Part shown: piece after piece, positions 1 through 6,961 of the stretch
How the letters are laid out: the number at the start of each line of letters is the position of its first letter
Numbering within the stretch: position 1 is the first letter of the stretch
From: Okeania sp.
Lineage (GTDB): Bacteria > Cyanobacteriota > Cyanobacteriia > Cyanobacteriales > Microcoleaceae
Assembly: GCF_035285525.1 (NCBI RefSeq)
Contig: NZ_JAYKGW010000082.1
Span: forward strand, 1 to 24,672
DNA length: 24,672 bases
Direction: 5' to 3'
Made by a program: the position numbers and the translations under genes
Notes under the pieces: generated by a model
What the model was told of the DNA's origin: nothing
The model's input: the letters and a program-made list of their open reading frames with translations, nothing else
The model's database searches: none

Positions 1-259
1 GTAACACAGCCTTCCAGACTGTCATAGCTATAGCATTGTAACACAGCCTTCCAGGCTGTCATAGCTGTACCATTGTAACACAGCCTTCCAGACTGTCATA
101 GCTATAGCATTGTAACACAGCCTTCCAGACTGTCATAGCTATAGCATTGTAACACAGCCTTCCAGGCTGTCATAGCTATAGCATTGTAACACAGCCTTCC
201 AGGCTGTCATAGCTGTACCATTGTCACACAGCCTTCCCGGCTGTCATAGCTGTACCATA
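1..259. repeat. Spacerless tandem array of a 37-bp unit, 7 head-to-tail copies, truncated by the window edge
   Basis: Units start at 1, 38, 75, 112, 149, 186 and 223. Consensus GTAACACAGCCTTCCAG(A/G)CTGTCATAGCT(A/G)TA(G/C)CATT. Each unit holds an ACAGCC-N5-GGCTGT inverted repeat. The last copy is degenerate. Stop codons occur in every frame and 37 is not a multiple of 3. Confidence 0.95.
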
Positions 260-343
260 CTAAGATGAAATCCTCTGTATATAGTCATTTCCCTTGTTAT
301 GAGGTACAGCTATCGCGGGCAAGATGCCGGCACTACAATAATT

Positions 344-628
344 TTACGATTTAAGCTTGTACATCATTTGGTCGAAATTTGCTGTATCAGAATAACTTTG
401 AAGACGCGCTAGCTCTACTGGATCGACTTGTGGCATATCTTTAGTCAAATCTCGCTTGCGAAATAGAACTTCGGAAATAGTACGAGTAGGTTTGAATTGA
501 GTGATATTTTGGCAAAGCATCATTGTAGCTAAAGCTTCCACAGAAATATCAAGTCTTTTTGCCTCTGCTTCTAAGCGTTTTCCTTCTTCTTTTGGCAGTT
601 GAATAGTTATGGCCTGAGATTCATTCAT
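344..628 (-). CDS. Ribbon-helix-helix (CopG/antitoxin-like) small DNA-binding protein
   Basis: 94-aa ORF. The N-terminus ITIQLPKEEGKRLEAEAKRLDISVEALATMML fits a beta-strand/helix/helix RHH pattern. No partner ORF lies on either side. Confidence 0.55.
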   Translation of the reverse strand: MNESQAITIQLPKEEGKRLEAEAKRLDISVEALATMMLCQNITQFKPTRTISEVLFRKRDLTKDMPQVDPVELARLQSYSDTANFDQMMYKLKS

Positions 629-727
629 AATAATTTATATTTTAATCGCGGGCAAGATGCTATAGTAATTTTACCATTCAAGCTTGTACCTCATATAAAA
701 TCCCGATAACTACGATATCCAAGTCAT

Positions 728-913
728 TGCGACTGTAACGGAGTGGAAAGAAGCAATCTCCTAGAACCTTGAGATTGCTTCCTATCGTCGCAATGACAAT
801 TTTCAACCAGATTCTTTCTATGCGACTGCAACGGAGTGGAAAGAAGCAATCTCCTAGAACTTTGAGATTGCTTCCTATCGTCGCAATAACAATTTTCAAC
901 CAGATTCTTTCTA
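728..913. repeat. 93-bp unit duplicated in tandem (2 copies), each with a long imperfect hairpin
   Basis: Units start at 728 and 821 and are near-identical. A perfect 11-bp stem GAAGCAATCTC (750-760) pairs with GAGATTGCTTC (771-781), extended by an outer GCGAC/GTCGC pairing. A partial third copy (GAGATTGCTTCCCGACCGTCGCAATGA) lies at 992-1018. Confidence 0.9.
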
Positions 914-957
914 TATCATTCCCTCGAAATATGCCGTATTAATAATTAATTATTAAT

Positions 958-1045
958 AGGATTTACGCATGAGACACGAAAAACATGGGTTTGAGATTGC
1001 TTCCCGACCGTCGCAATGAAAATAAGTTGCACTTGCGTAAGTCCT
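958..1045. mobile_element. MITE-like element, (CAC)AGGACTTACGC terminal-inverted-repeat family
   Basis: Ends AGGATTTACGCA ... TGCGTAAGTCCT are inverted repeats. The element sits between two AT-only TTAATTATTAAT blocks and has no ORF. Confidence 0.65.
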
Positions 1046-1061
1046 GATGAATTATTAATTA

Positions 1062-2465
1062 TTAATTATGTACTGGCGTTTTCACACTAACAGCTTCTTC
1101 TAACCAAACATTAGGTAACTGACGCGGCCTTTCTGGTAATTCCATCAAACCCATTTCTGTTAGTCGAATGACATTGCTGAGAGTTTCTACTAAAGCAGGT
1201 TCAAAATAAGTACCACTGCGATCGCTACAAATTGCTAGTGCTTCTCCTAAACCAAGAGCAGCACGTCCACCCCGTGGTTGTGTCAACTCTTGGAAATAAG
1301 AGACTAAACCAAGAATACGAGATTCTATAGGTATTTCTTCTGCTCTGAGACCATCTGGTTTACCACTACCATCCCAACATTCCAAATGATGAGCAATAAT
1401 ATTAGTAACTGGTGCCAACTCTGGCATTGCTGCTAATAACTGAGCGCCCAGCACACTCTTTTCCTGCCAAAAATTTAAACTTTTATCATCTAACTCATTA
1501 GGTGTTTTCATAAATACTTCTTTTGGCGCTGAAACCAACCCAACTCTAAACAATAATCCTGCTAACCGCAAACGTCGTAATTTCAAAGTTGGTAAATCTA
1601 ACATTTGCCCTAAAGTTTCAGATAAAGCTGCAACTTGCAAAGAAGCAATGGGGTTGGTTTCATCTTGTTCGTCTACTTTCTGTGCCATTCGTAAAAATGC
1701 CTGTAACTTATTAGCATTCAGGTTGCGACTGACTCGTAATGCTTGACCTTCTAATTCCCAAAGTTCCCTGGTTTGTCTATTGATAGCAATCATTTGTTCC
1801 TGAGTTGTTTGCAGATAAGAAACTATTCTGGAAACTACATCACTCATATCTGTAGGTGCTACACCTTCAGCTTTGATAATTTCCTGATGTTGTTTTTGAA
1901 TTGCATCTGCTAATGCGGGATCATAGGGGCGACATCTTTCTGTCAGTATTTTTGCTGCTTTTTCTACTAAGTCATGCTCGAACGTCCATAAACCATAGAA
2001 TTTTCTTTCTATATCTACAGTTGGTTTACCGTGGGGTAAATATTCATCATCAGACAGTTCATGGCAAAGTACCATAGCGCGATAAGTTGGAGCTAATATG
2101 ATTAGGTTCCATTCATTAACCAAACTATCAGTAGTTTCCAGATTAACTAAAGAAACATTATCTAACTGACTGGTAGGATGTTCAGATAATCCACTATCTG
2201 GTACTGCCGCAATCATCACATGAGAACTACATTCAGCTATTTGTTGATAACGATCTGCTTCTTGGAGATACCATTTTCCTTGTTGAAATGTGACTAATAC
2301 TAATGGTTTTGCTTCTGGTTGTGTACTGTTATTTTGTAAAATGTGGTCTTCTAAAGCATGACACAAAGCGACTAATGTATTTTTGAAATAAACTCCATAA
2401 CTAGAGGGAAGTTTTCCTTCAGGACTGGCTTTTTTTAGTTGATTTAAAGTTGCTTCTGGATTCAT
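1062..2465 (-). CDS. DICT sensory domain protein with a C-terminal degenerate HD-GYP-like domain
   Basis: 467-aa ORF. N-terminal YFKNTLVALCHALEDHIL is typical of DICT domains. C-terminal HHLECWDGSGKPDGL resembles the HHExxDGxGYP motif. The position expected for HDxGK reads LLFRVGL. Confidence 0.65.
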   Translation of the reverse strand: MNPEATLNQLKKASPEGKLPSSYGVYFKNTLVALCHALEDHILQNNSTQPEAKPLVLVTFQQGKWYLQEADRYQQIAECSSHVMIAAVPDSGLSEHPTSQLDNVSLVNLETTDSLVNEWNLIILAPTYRAMVLCHELSDDEYLPHGKPTVDIERKFYGLWTFEHDLVEKAAKILTERCRPYDPALADAIQKQHQEIIKAEGVAPTDMSDVVSRIVSYLQTTQEQMIAINRQTRELWELEGQALRVSRNLNANKLQAFLRMAQKVDEQDETNPIASLQVAALSETLGQMLDLPTLKLRRLRLAGLLFRVGLVSAPKEVFMKTPNELDDKSLNFWQEKSVLGAQLLAAMPELAPVTNIIAHHLECWDGSGKPDGLRAEEIPIESRILGLVSYFQELTQPRGGRAALGLGEALAICSDRSGTYFEPALVETLSNVIRLTEMGLMELPERPRQLPNVWLEEAVSVKTPVHN

Positions 2466-2946
2466 TTTATTAAAGGATATTTTTTTATATATTTGTTGTA
2501 AGCATTTAGTTTTTAGTAATCAGTTCTGAGCAAATAATAAATGATTATTTACTAAAGTTAAAAGAACTTACTTTGGCAGTATTTTTCCTATTTATACACA
2601 TTATTATGATTTTGTCAAGTAATATACAAGTATAGCAATTCTATTTTATTTGTGTATAAAAATATTACCGCTTTTCGGGAATAGGAAATAGGCAAGAGTT
2701 TCCGAGTTTATTTCTATTTATTGAATTATGAAAACCTATTTAGGATTGCTATATTGATCTGACAAAAAAAGTGTTTAATAATGGATAATTGATAATTACC
2801 TCTTCCTAAAAGAAAGAGGATTGAACAAAAGGAAAAAATTTATTTTTTTCCCTTTTAAAGGGGAGGCTTCAAGGGTTAAATTATTTAATTGTTTAATTAT
2901 TTAATTATTAATTCTTTGGTAAAATATATCCGAATATAATTGAATT

Positions 2947-3120
2947 AGGACTTACCGATGAACCCTATTAGTAGGGTGCGTTTTCCGCCCTTGAGCGGAC
3001 ATGGAAAGCGTAGCAGTCCCTATACGATAACGCTCCGCGACATCGAAAGCGGAGCATTCTGTATACGAAAAAGCGCACAACGCACCAAGACTCTATATAT
3101 ATTGTCTGTGCGTAAGTCCT
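2947..3120. mobile_element. MITE-like element, AGGACTTAC family, 174 bp
   Basis: Ends AGGACTTACCG ... GCGTAAGTCCT. Near-terminal direct repeat GAATATAATT occurs on both flanks. The interior shares segments with 6925-6958 and 13133-13163. ORFs 2958..3143 and 3020..3235 lie inside it. Confidence 0.7.
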
Positions 3121-3145
3121 GTGAATATAATTTAGGTATATAACT

Positions 3146-3388
3146 ATGGAAGTTTCTCAAAAGAGGGAAGCATTTATTCCTTATTCCCGAAGAGATATTA
3201 TAGAACTTTGTCTTCAAGATGGTAAATTGCCTCAATATTCTCTACAAAAATTTAGAGATTTTTGTTCTATTCTGCTGGCATATTATCATTTTAAATTACA
3301 TAAAAAGCTGGAAGTATTAAAGGAAAGTTATGCACCTTTTAATCCAGATGCTAATCCTAAATATGTGGCTAATTATTCTGATTTATAA
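3146..3388 (+). CDS. N-terminal fragment of a DUF3754/TMEM143-like protein, ending at an in-frame TAA
   Basis: 80-aa ORF in the same frame as 3398..4480, separated only by TAA (3386-3388) and three codons. The family assignment comes from recollection of cyanobacterial DUF3754 proteins and is unverified. Confidence 0.5.
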   Translation: MEVSQKREAFIPYSRRDIIELCLQDGKLPQYSLQKFRDFCSILLAYYHFKLHKKLEVLKESYAPFNPDANPKYVANYSDL

Positions 3389-3397
3389 CTCGCTACA

Positions 3398-4480
3398 ATG
3401 CAGACTAATATAATTGAAAGTTTTCGAGAAATTCTCCAACAAGGTAATTATTATCCCATATATCAGGAAAGTTTAGAACGTGCTTTCCAGGAAATGTCAC
3501 TAATCGAATTAAAAACAGATATTGATTTTGATGATTTTGAAGAAATGGTCTGTTACTGTCGGGGAGATATTTATCAAACATATAGTTTTAAGAGGTTTTT
3601 CCGAAAAATCCAAAAGAAAATTGATATTTTTGAAAGAGTGATTTTATTAATTAAGTGCAAGGATAAGGAAAATAATAATACTTCTGATAATTCTCTGAAA
3701 GAGTCTAATTTACTTCCTAGTAAAATTTATATTTCTCTCTACAGAAATATTCCGAAAAGTGATATAGAATTTTTATTTCCTAATGTCAAAGTTAGCATGA
3801 CTTTGAAAGATCGTCTGATTTTAATAGTTCCGGCTATTGCTACAGCCATACCTATTACTCTGAAAATTTTACCTCAACTTTTACTAATTATTGGCGTAAT
3901 TGTATTTTTGTCTTTTGGTCCTAATTATGTGGAACAATTAAAGTTGAGAGCTAATCCAGAAGATGTGAAAAATATGACCGGACTTTTATTAGCTTCATTA
4001 TCTTTATTAGTGACTTTAGGAGGTTTTTGTTTTAAGCAATATAGTCAATATCAAACTAAACATATTAAGTTTCAAAAACAAGTAACAGAAACCTTATTTT
4101 GCAAAAATATTGCTAATAATTCTGGTGTATTTAAAACTTTAATTGATGATGCCGAAGAAGAAGAATGCAAAGAAATTATTTTAGTTTATTATCATTTATT
4201 AACGACTAATACACCTCTAAATCCAAAACAATTGGATGAAAAAATTGAAGTCTGGATGGAGGAAAATTTTGATACTAAAATTGATTTTGATATTAACGGA
4301 CCTTTGAATAATTTAACAAAAATTCAGGGCAAAATTGTCAGAGATGGTGAAGATGAGAATAAAGTTTCAGAGATACCATTATTAAGCTATGATGAAAATG
4401 GTTGTTGTCAAGTATTGTCCCTAGATGATGCCAAACAATTAATAGATTATATCTGGGATAATCTGTTTAATTATGCTTAA
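3398..4480 (+). CDS. DUF3754/TMEM143-like membrane protein, main part
   Basis: 360-aa ORF with hydrophobic segments LILIVPAIATAIPITLKILPQLLLIIGVIVFLSFG and LLLASLSLLVTLGGFCF. In frame with the preceding ORF. Confidence 0.6.
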   Translation: MQTNIIESFREILQQGNYYPIYQESLERAFQEMSLIELKTDIDFDDFEEMVCYCRGDIYQTYSFKRFFRKIQKKIDIFERVILLIKCKDKENNNTSDNSLKESNLLPSKIYISLYRNIPKSDIEFLFPNVKVSMTLKDRLILIVPAIATAIPITLKILPQLLLIIGVIVFLSFGPNYVEQLKLRANPEDVKNMTGLLLASLSLLVTLGGFCFKQYSQYQTKHIKFQKQVTETLFCKNIANNSGVFKTLIDDAEEEECKEIILVYYHLLTTNTPLNPKQLDEKIEVWMEENFDTKIDFDINGPLNNLTKIQGKIVRDGEDENKVSEIPLLSYDENGCCQVLSLDDAKQLIDYIWDNLFNYA

Positions 4481-4492
4481 AATTAATGGATT

Positions 4493-4594
4493 AGGACTTA
4501 CACGGGAGGAACCCGGTTTCTACGATAAATCCTTGTTTTGAGCAATAGATGTCTATGAGAAACCGGGTTTCTGGGTTCACATGGCTTTAGTCCT
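4493..4594. mobile_element. MITE-like element, AGGACTTAC family (imperfect ends)
   Basis: Ends AGGACTTACACGGG ... GCTTTAGTCCT. Internal inverted repeat GGAACCCGGTTTC / GAAACCGGGTTTC. Confidence 0.55.
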
Positions 4595-4623
4595 GTGGAT
4601 AATTGATAATGTTCGTAAAAAAA

Positions 4624-4657
4624 GGGAACACTTAACTGGGAACAGGGAACAGGGAAG
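4624..4657. repeat. GGGAACA heptamer-type repeat block
   Basis: GGGAACACTTAACTGGGAACAGGGAACAGGGAAG. The same 20-mer GGGAACACTTAACTGGGAAC recurs at 23739. Confidence 0.85.
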
Positions 4658-4811
4658 AGTAATTGATGCTTTCGTATGGGAGAATTGATTCTATTTTTTA
4701 TTTTTGGAGATGTCTAATCAATTCAACAACATCAAGATTCCGAATATGTCGGCAGAGGTATTGATGCGCTGTGGTATTTAGTTGTAGGTGAGGAAAGTTA
4801 AGTCTAGTCTA

Positions 4812-4888
4812 GTAGGTTGGGTTAAGGAACGAAACCCAACAATAATTAGGTAGATGTTGGGTTGCGAGATACACTTAACCCAACCTAC
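4812..4888. mobile_element. MITE-like element, GTAGGTTGGGTT...AACCCAACCTAC family, copy A
   Basis: 77 bp with four GTTGGGTT/AACCCAAC arms. The terminal inverted repeats are exact over 12 nt. Confidence 0.75.
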
Positions 4889-4950
4889 TCAATTAACTTT
4901 TAACTTAACTTGGCTCAATACCTAATTCCCGCAACCTTGCCTCAAGTTTC

Positions 4951-5043
4951 GTAGGTTGGGTTGAGGAACGAAACCCAACAATAATTAAGTATATGTTGGG
5001 TTCGAGATACGCTTTTCATGTTGCGTAGCAAAACCCAACCTAC
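4951..5043. mobile_element. MITE-like element, GTAGGTTGGGTT family, copy B
   Basis: Same ends as 4812-4888, with about 17 extra internal nucleotides. Lies 16 bp from the Uma2 stop codon. Confidence 0.75.
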
Positions 5044-5059
5044 TCAATTAACTTTTAAC

Positions 5060-5848
5060 TTAATTTGGCTCAATACCCAATGCTCGCAACCTTGCCTCAA
5101 GTTGTGCCACTTTTTGCTTTTCCTCTTCAACCTGTTGTAAAGCCAACTCCTTTTCCCGCTTCTCCTGTTCCGCACGTTCGGCACCAGTAGGAATAACATT
5201 TCCCTCAACATCGCACCAACGTAACCAAACATCCTCCTTTCCCTCAAATTTTCCTGACCATAAAGTTAACCCCAACCCAACTTTTTCTAACCAAGTTTCC
5301 GTAATTTGCTGATAAGCGATCGCTCTCAACTCATACACTTGCAGCAAAGATTCACCCAAGATTTGGAGCGGCTCGAAAACCACATAATAACCAACTCCCA
5401 TCCGGGCATAATCTTTAAGTTTACTACCCAACTCGTTTCCGACTTTATTAGAAACTATTTCCACTACTACATCTGGTGCTTTACCAAATCTCCAAGTATA
5501 ATAGCTGCGGTCTTTTTTTTCAGTCCAGTCATCGGGTATTGTCACATCTAAACTCAGAAAAACATCAGGCACTAAAGCTGGTTTTCCTGTAGAATAAAAC
5601 ACTCCCACATTTGCTGCTGCCAAGAATTGACTGTTGCCATCTACACCAGACCATGAATCATATAAACAGTTAGTCAGGAGACGTTGTTGTTTTTCTGAGT
5701 GAAAATTATCCACTGGAGTATCATCCTCTATGATTAAATGACTAATATCGGGTTCAAGTGGAGTTTCATATTCTATGACTAAATGATTAATACTAGGAGT
5801 AGTTAATTCTTCTGTTTCTTCTGTTTTAATTTTAGATATCATATTCAT
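5060..5848 (-). CDS. Uma2 family (DUF820) restriction-endonuclease-like protein with C-terminal coiled coil
   Basis: 262 aa. Contains IIEDDTPVDNFHSEKQQRLL, PDVFLSLDV, PDVVVEIVS and DYARMGVGYYVVFEP, the motif series typical of cyanobacterial Uma2 proteins. The Glu/Lys-rich tail ends LRALGIEPN. Confidence 0.85.
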   Translation of the reverse strand: MNMISKIKTEETEELTTPSINHLVIEYETPLEPDISHLIIEDDTPVDNFHSEKQQRLLTNCLYDSWSGVDGNSQFLAAANVGVFYSTGKPALVPDVFLSLDVTIPDDWTEKKDRSYYTWRFGKAPDVVVEIVSNKVGNELGSKLKDYARMGVGYYVVFEPLQILGESLLQVYELRAIAYQQITETWLEKVGLGLTLWSGKFEGKEDVWLRWCDVEGNVIPTGAERAEQEKREKELALQQVEEEKQKVAQLEARLRALGIEPN

Positions 5849-5981
5849 CTTACTAATTTACTTAAAGGACAAAATATTTGCTTCTTAGGTTTTGAATCTA
5901 TTCTATTAATTTTCTTTTTCCATTCTAAACAAACTAGAATCTACCTTAAAAAAAATCCCCAAAGTTTCAGCCTACGAAGCG

Positions 5982-6099
5982 GAAGTATACTTATCAACAA
6001 ACCCTTGTCAACCAAAATTATAACCTTGTCCTACAGCTTGAAATCTCCAATCATTATCTTGACGATAAAGCCTCCCAAACTCTAAAACAGTTTCTCTAG
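5982..6099. repeat. Duplicate of 6202-6319: terD 3' end plus 26 bp of downstream sequence
   Basis: 118 bp with 3 mismatches to 6202-6319. Would encode a TerD C-terminal fragment ending QAVGQGYNFG-stop on the minus strand. Confidence 0.9.
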
Positions 6100-6114
6100 T
6101 TAATGTGAAATTTC

Positions 6115-6190
6115 GTAGGTTGGGTTGAGGAACCAAACCCAACAATAATTAGATATATGTTGGCTTCGAGATACGCTTAACCCAACCTAC
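6115..6190. mobile_element. MITE-like element, GTAGGTTGGGTT family
   Basis: 76 bp with the same termini as 4812-4888. Lies between the two copies of the terD 3' segment. Confidence 0.75.
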
Positions 6191-6227
6191 TTAAAAACTA
6201 AGAAGTATACTTATCAACAAACCCTTG

Positions 6228-6770
6228 TCAACCAGAATTATAACCTTGTCCTACAGCTTGAAATCTCCAATCATTATCTTTACGATAAAGCCTCCCAAAC
6301 TCTAAAGCAGTTTCTCTAGAAAAATCTTCTTCTAATTCATATTTAGTGACTTCTTCTCCTGTGCTAATATCATAAATTCTAATAAAAGAATTTCTGACTT
6401 GCCCAAAGTTTTGTCTTCTTTCATCTGCTTCATGGATCGTCACTACAAATAGTATTTCTTGAATAGTTTCGTCTACTTTAGTTAAATCTATTTCTATTAG
6501 TTCATCATCTCCCGAACCTTCTCCAGTTCTACTATCTCCTGAATGTTTTACAGAACCATCTGGTGATGACAAGTTGTTATAAAAAACAAAGTATTTCTCA
6601 TCAGGAATTTTACCATTATTTCCTAACATAAATACAGAAGCATCTAAATCAAATGCTGCACCTGTATCTGTAGTATTTACATCCCATCCTAACCCAATAC
6701 CAGCTTGGGTTAAATTAGGAGATTCTTTGGAAAGATTCAATCTTTCACCTTTACTTAGATTAATAGACAT
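6228..6770 (-). CDS. terD: TerD-domain stress response protein
   Basis: 180 aa. Contains SINLSKGERLNLSK, GLGWDVN, AFDLDASVFML, FVFYNN and SGDSRTGEGSGDDE, the hallmark TerD motifs including the Ca-binding GDN/GD(S)xTG-type segments. Confidence 0.9.
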   Translation of the reverse strand: MSINLSKGERLNLSKESPNLTQAGIGLGWDVNTTDTGAAFDLDASVFMLGNNGKIPDEKYFVFYNNLSSPDGSVKHSGDSRTGEGSGDDELIEIDLTKVDETIQEILFVVTIHEADERRQNFGQVRNSFIRIYDISTGEEVTKYELEEDFSRETALEFGRLYRKDNDWRFQAVGQGYNSG

Positions 6771-6869
6771 AATTTACTCCTTTTTAGTTATCATTTATCA
6801 GTTTTAAGTGAAAATTAACTTACTGGTAAGCATTTATTAGTGATATGAGACAAACAGTTTTTAAGTTAT

Positions 6870-6960
6870 CACAGGACTTAGGCAAAAGGACTATATATAG
6901 ATTCTATATATATAGATTCTTGGTGCGTTACGCTACCGCTAACGCACCCTACTAATAGCT
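6870..6960. mobile_element. Truncated AGGACTTAC-family MITE-like element
   Basis: Starts CACAGGACTTAGGC. The interior TGGTGCGTTACGCTACCGCTAACGCACCCTACTAATAGC matches the reverse complement of part of 2947-3120. The second terminal repeat is missing. Confidence 0.6.
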
Positions 6961-6961
6961 A

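Noticed and set aside
1-259. Possible CRISPR array, given the regular 37-bp periodicity and palindromic core
   Set aside because: Units are directly adjacent with no spacers, and no cas genes are in the window. It is a minisatellite-type tandem repeat.
678-899. 73-aa ORF from the track
   Set aside because: It lies entirely on the 93-bp tandem repeat, so its protein repeats itself (KIVIATIGSNLKVLGDCFFPLR twice). It is a reading-frame artefact of a hairpin repeat.
2958-3235. ORFs 2958..3143 (+) and 3020..3235 (-)
   Set aside because: Both sit inside or across the 2947-3120 MITE-like element and overlap each other. Neither has a recognisable protein pattern.
4701-4772. 23-codon ORF MSNQFNNIKIPNMSAEVLMRCGI
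   Set aside because: Too short, and the GGAG directly abuts the ATG with no spacing. Nothing is recognisable in it.
5044-5551. ORFs 5044..5247 (-) and 5306..5551 (+) overlapping the Uma2 gene
   Set aside because: These are alternative-frame and antisense shadows of a gene with clear family motifs.
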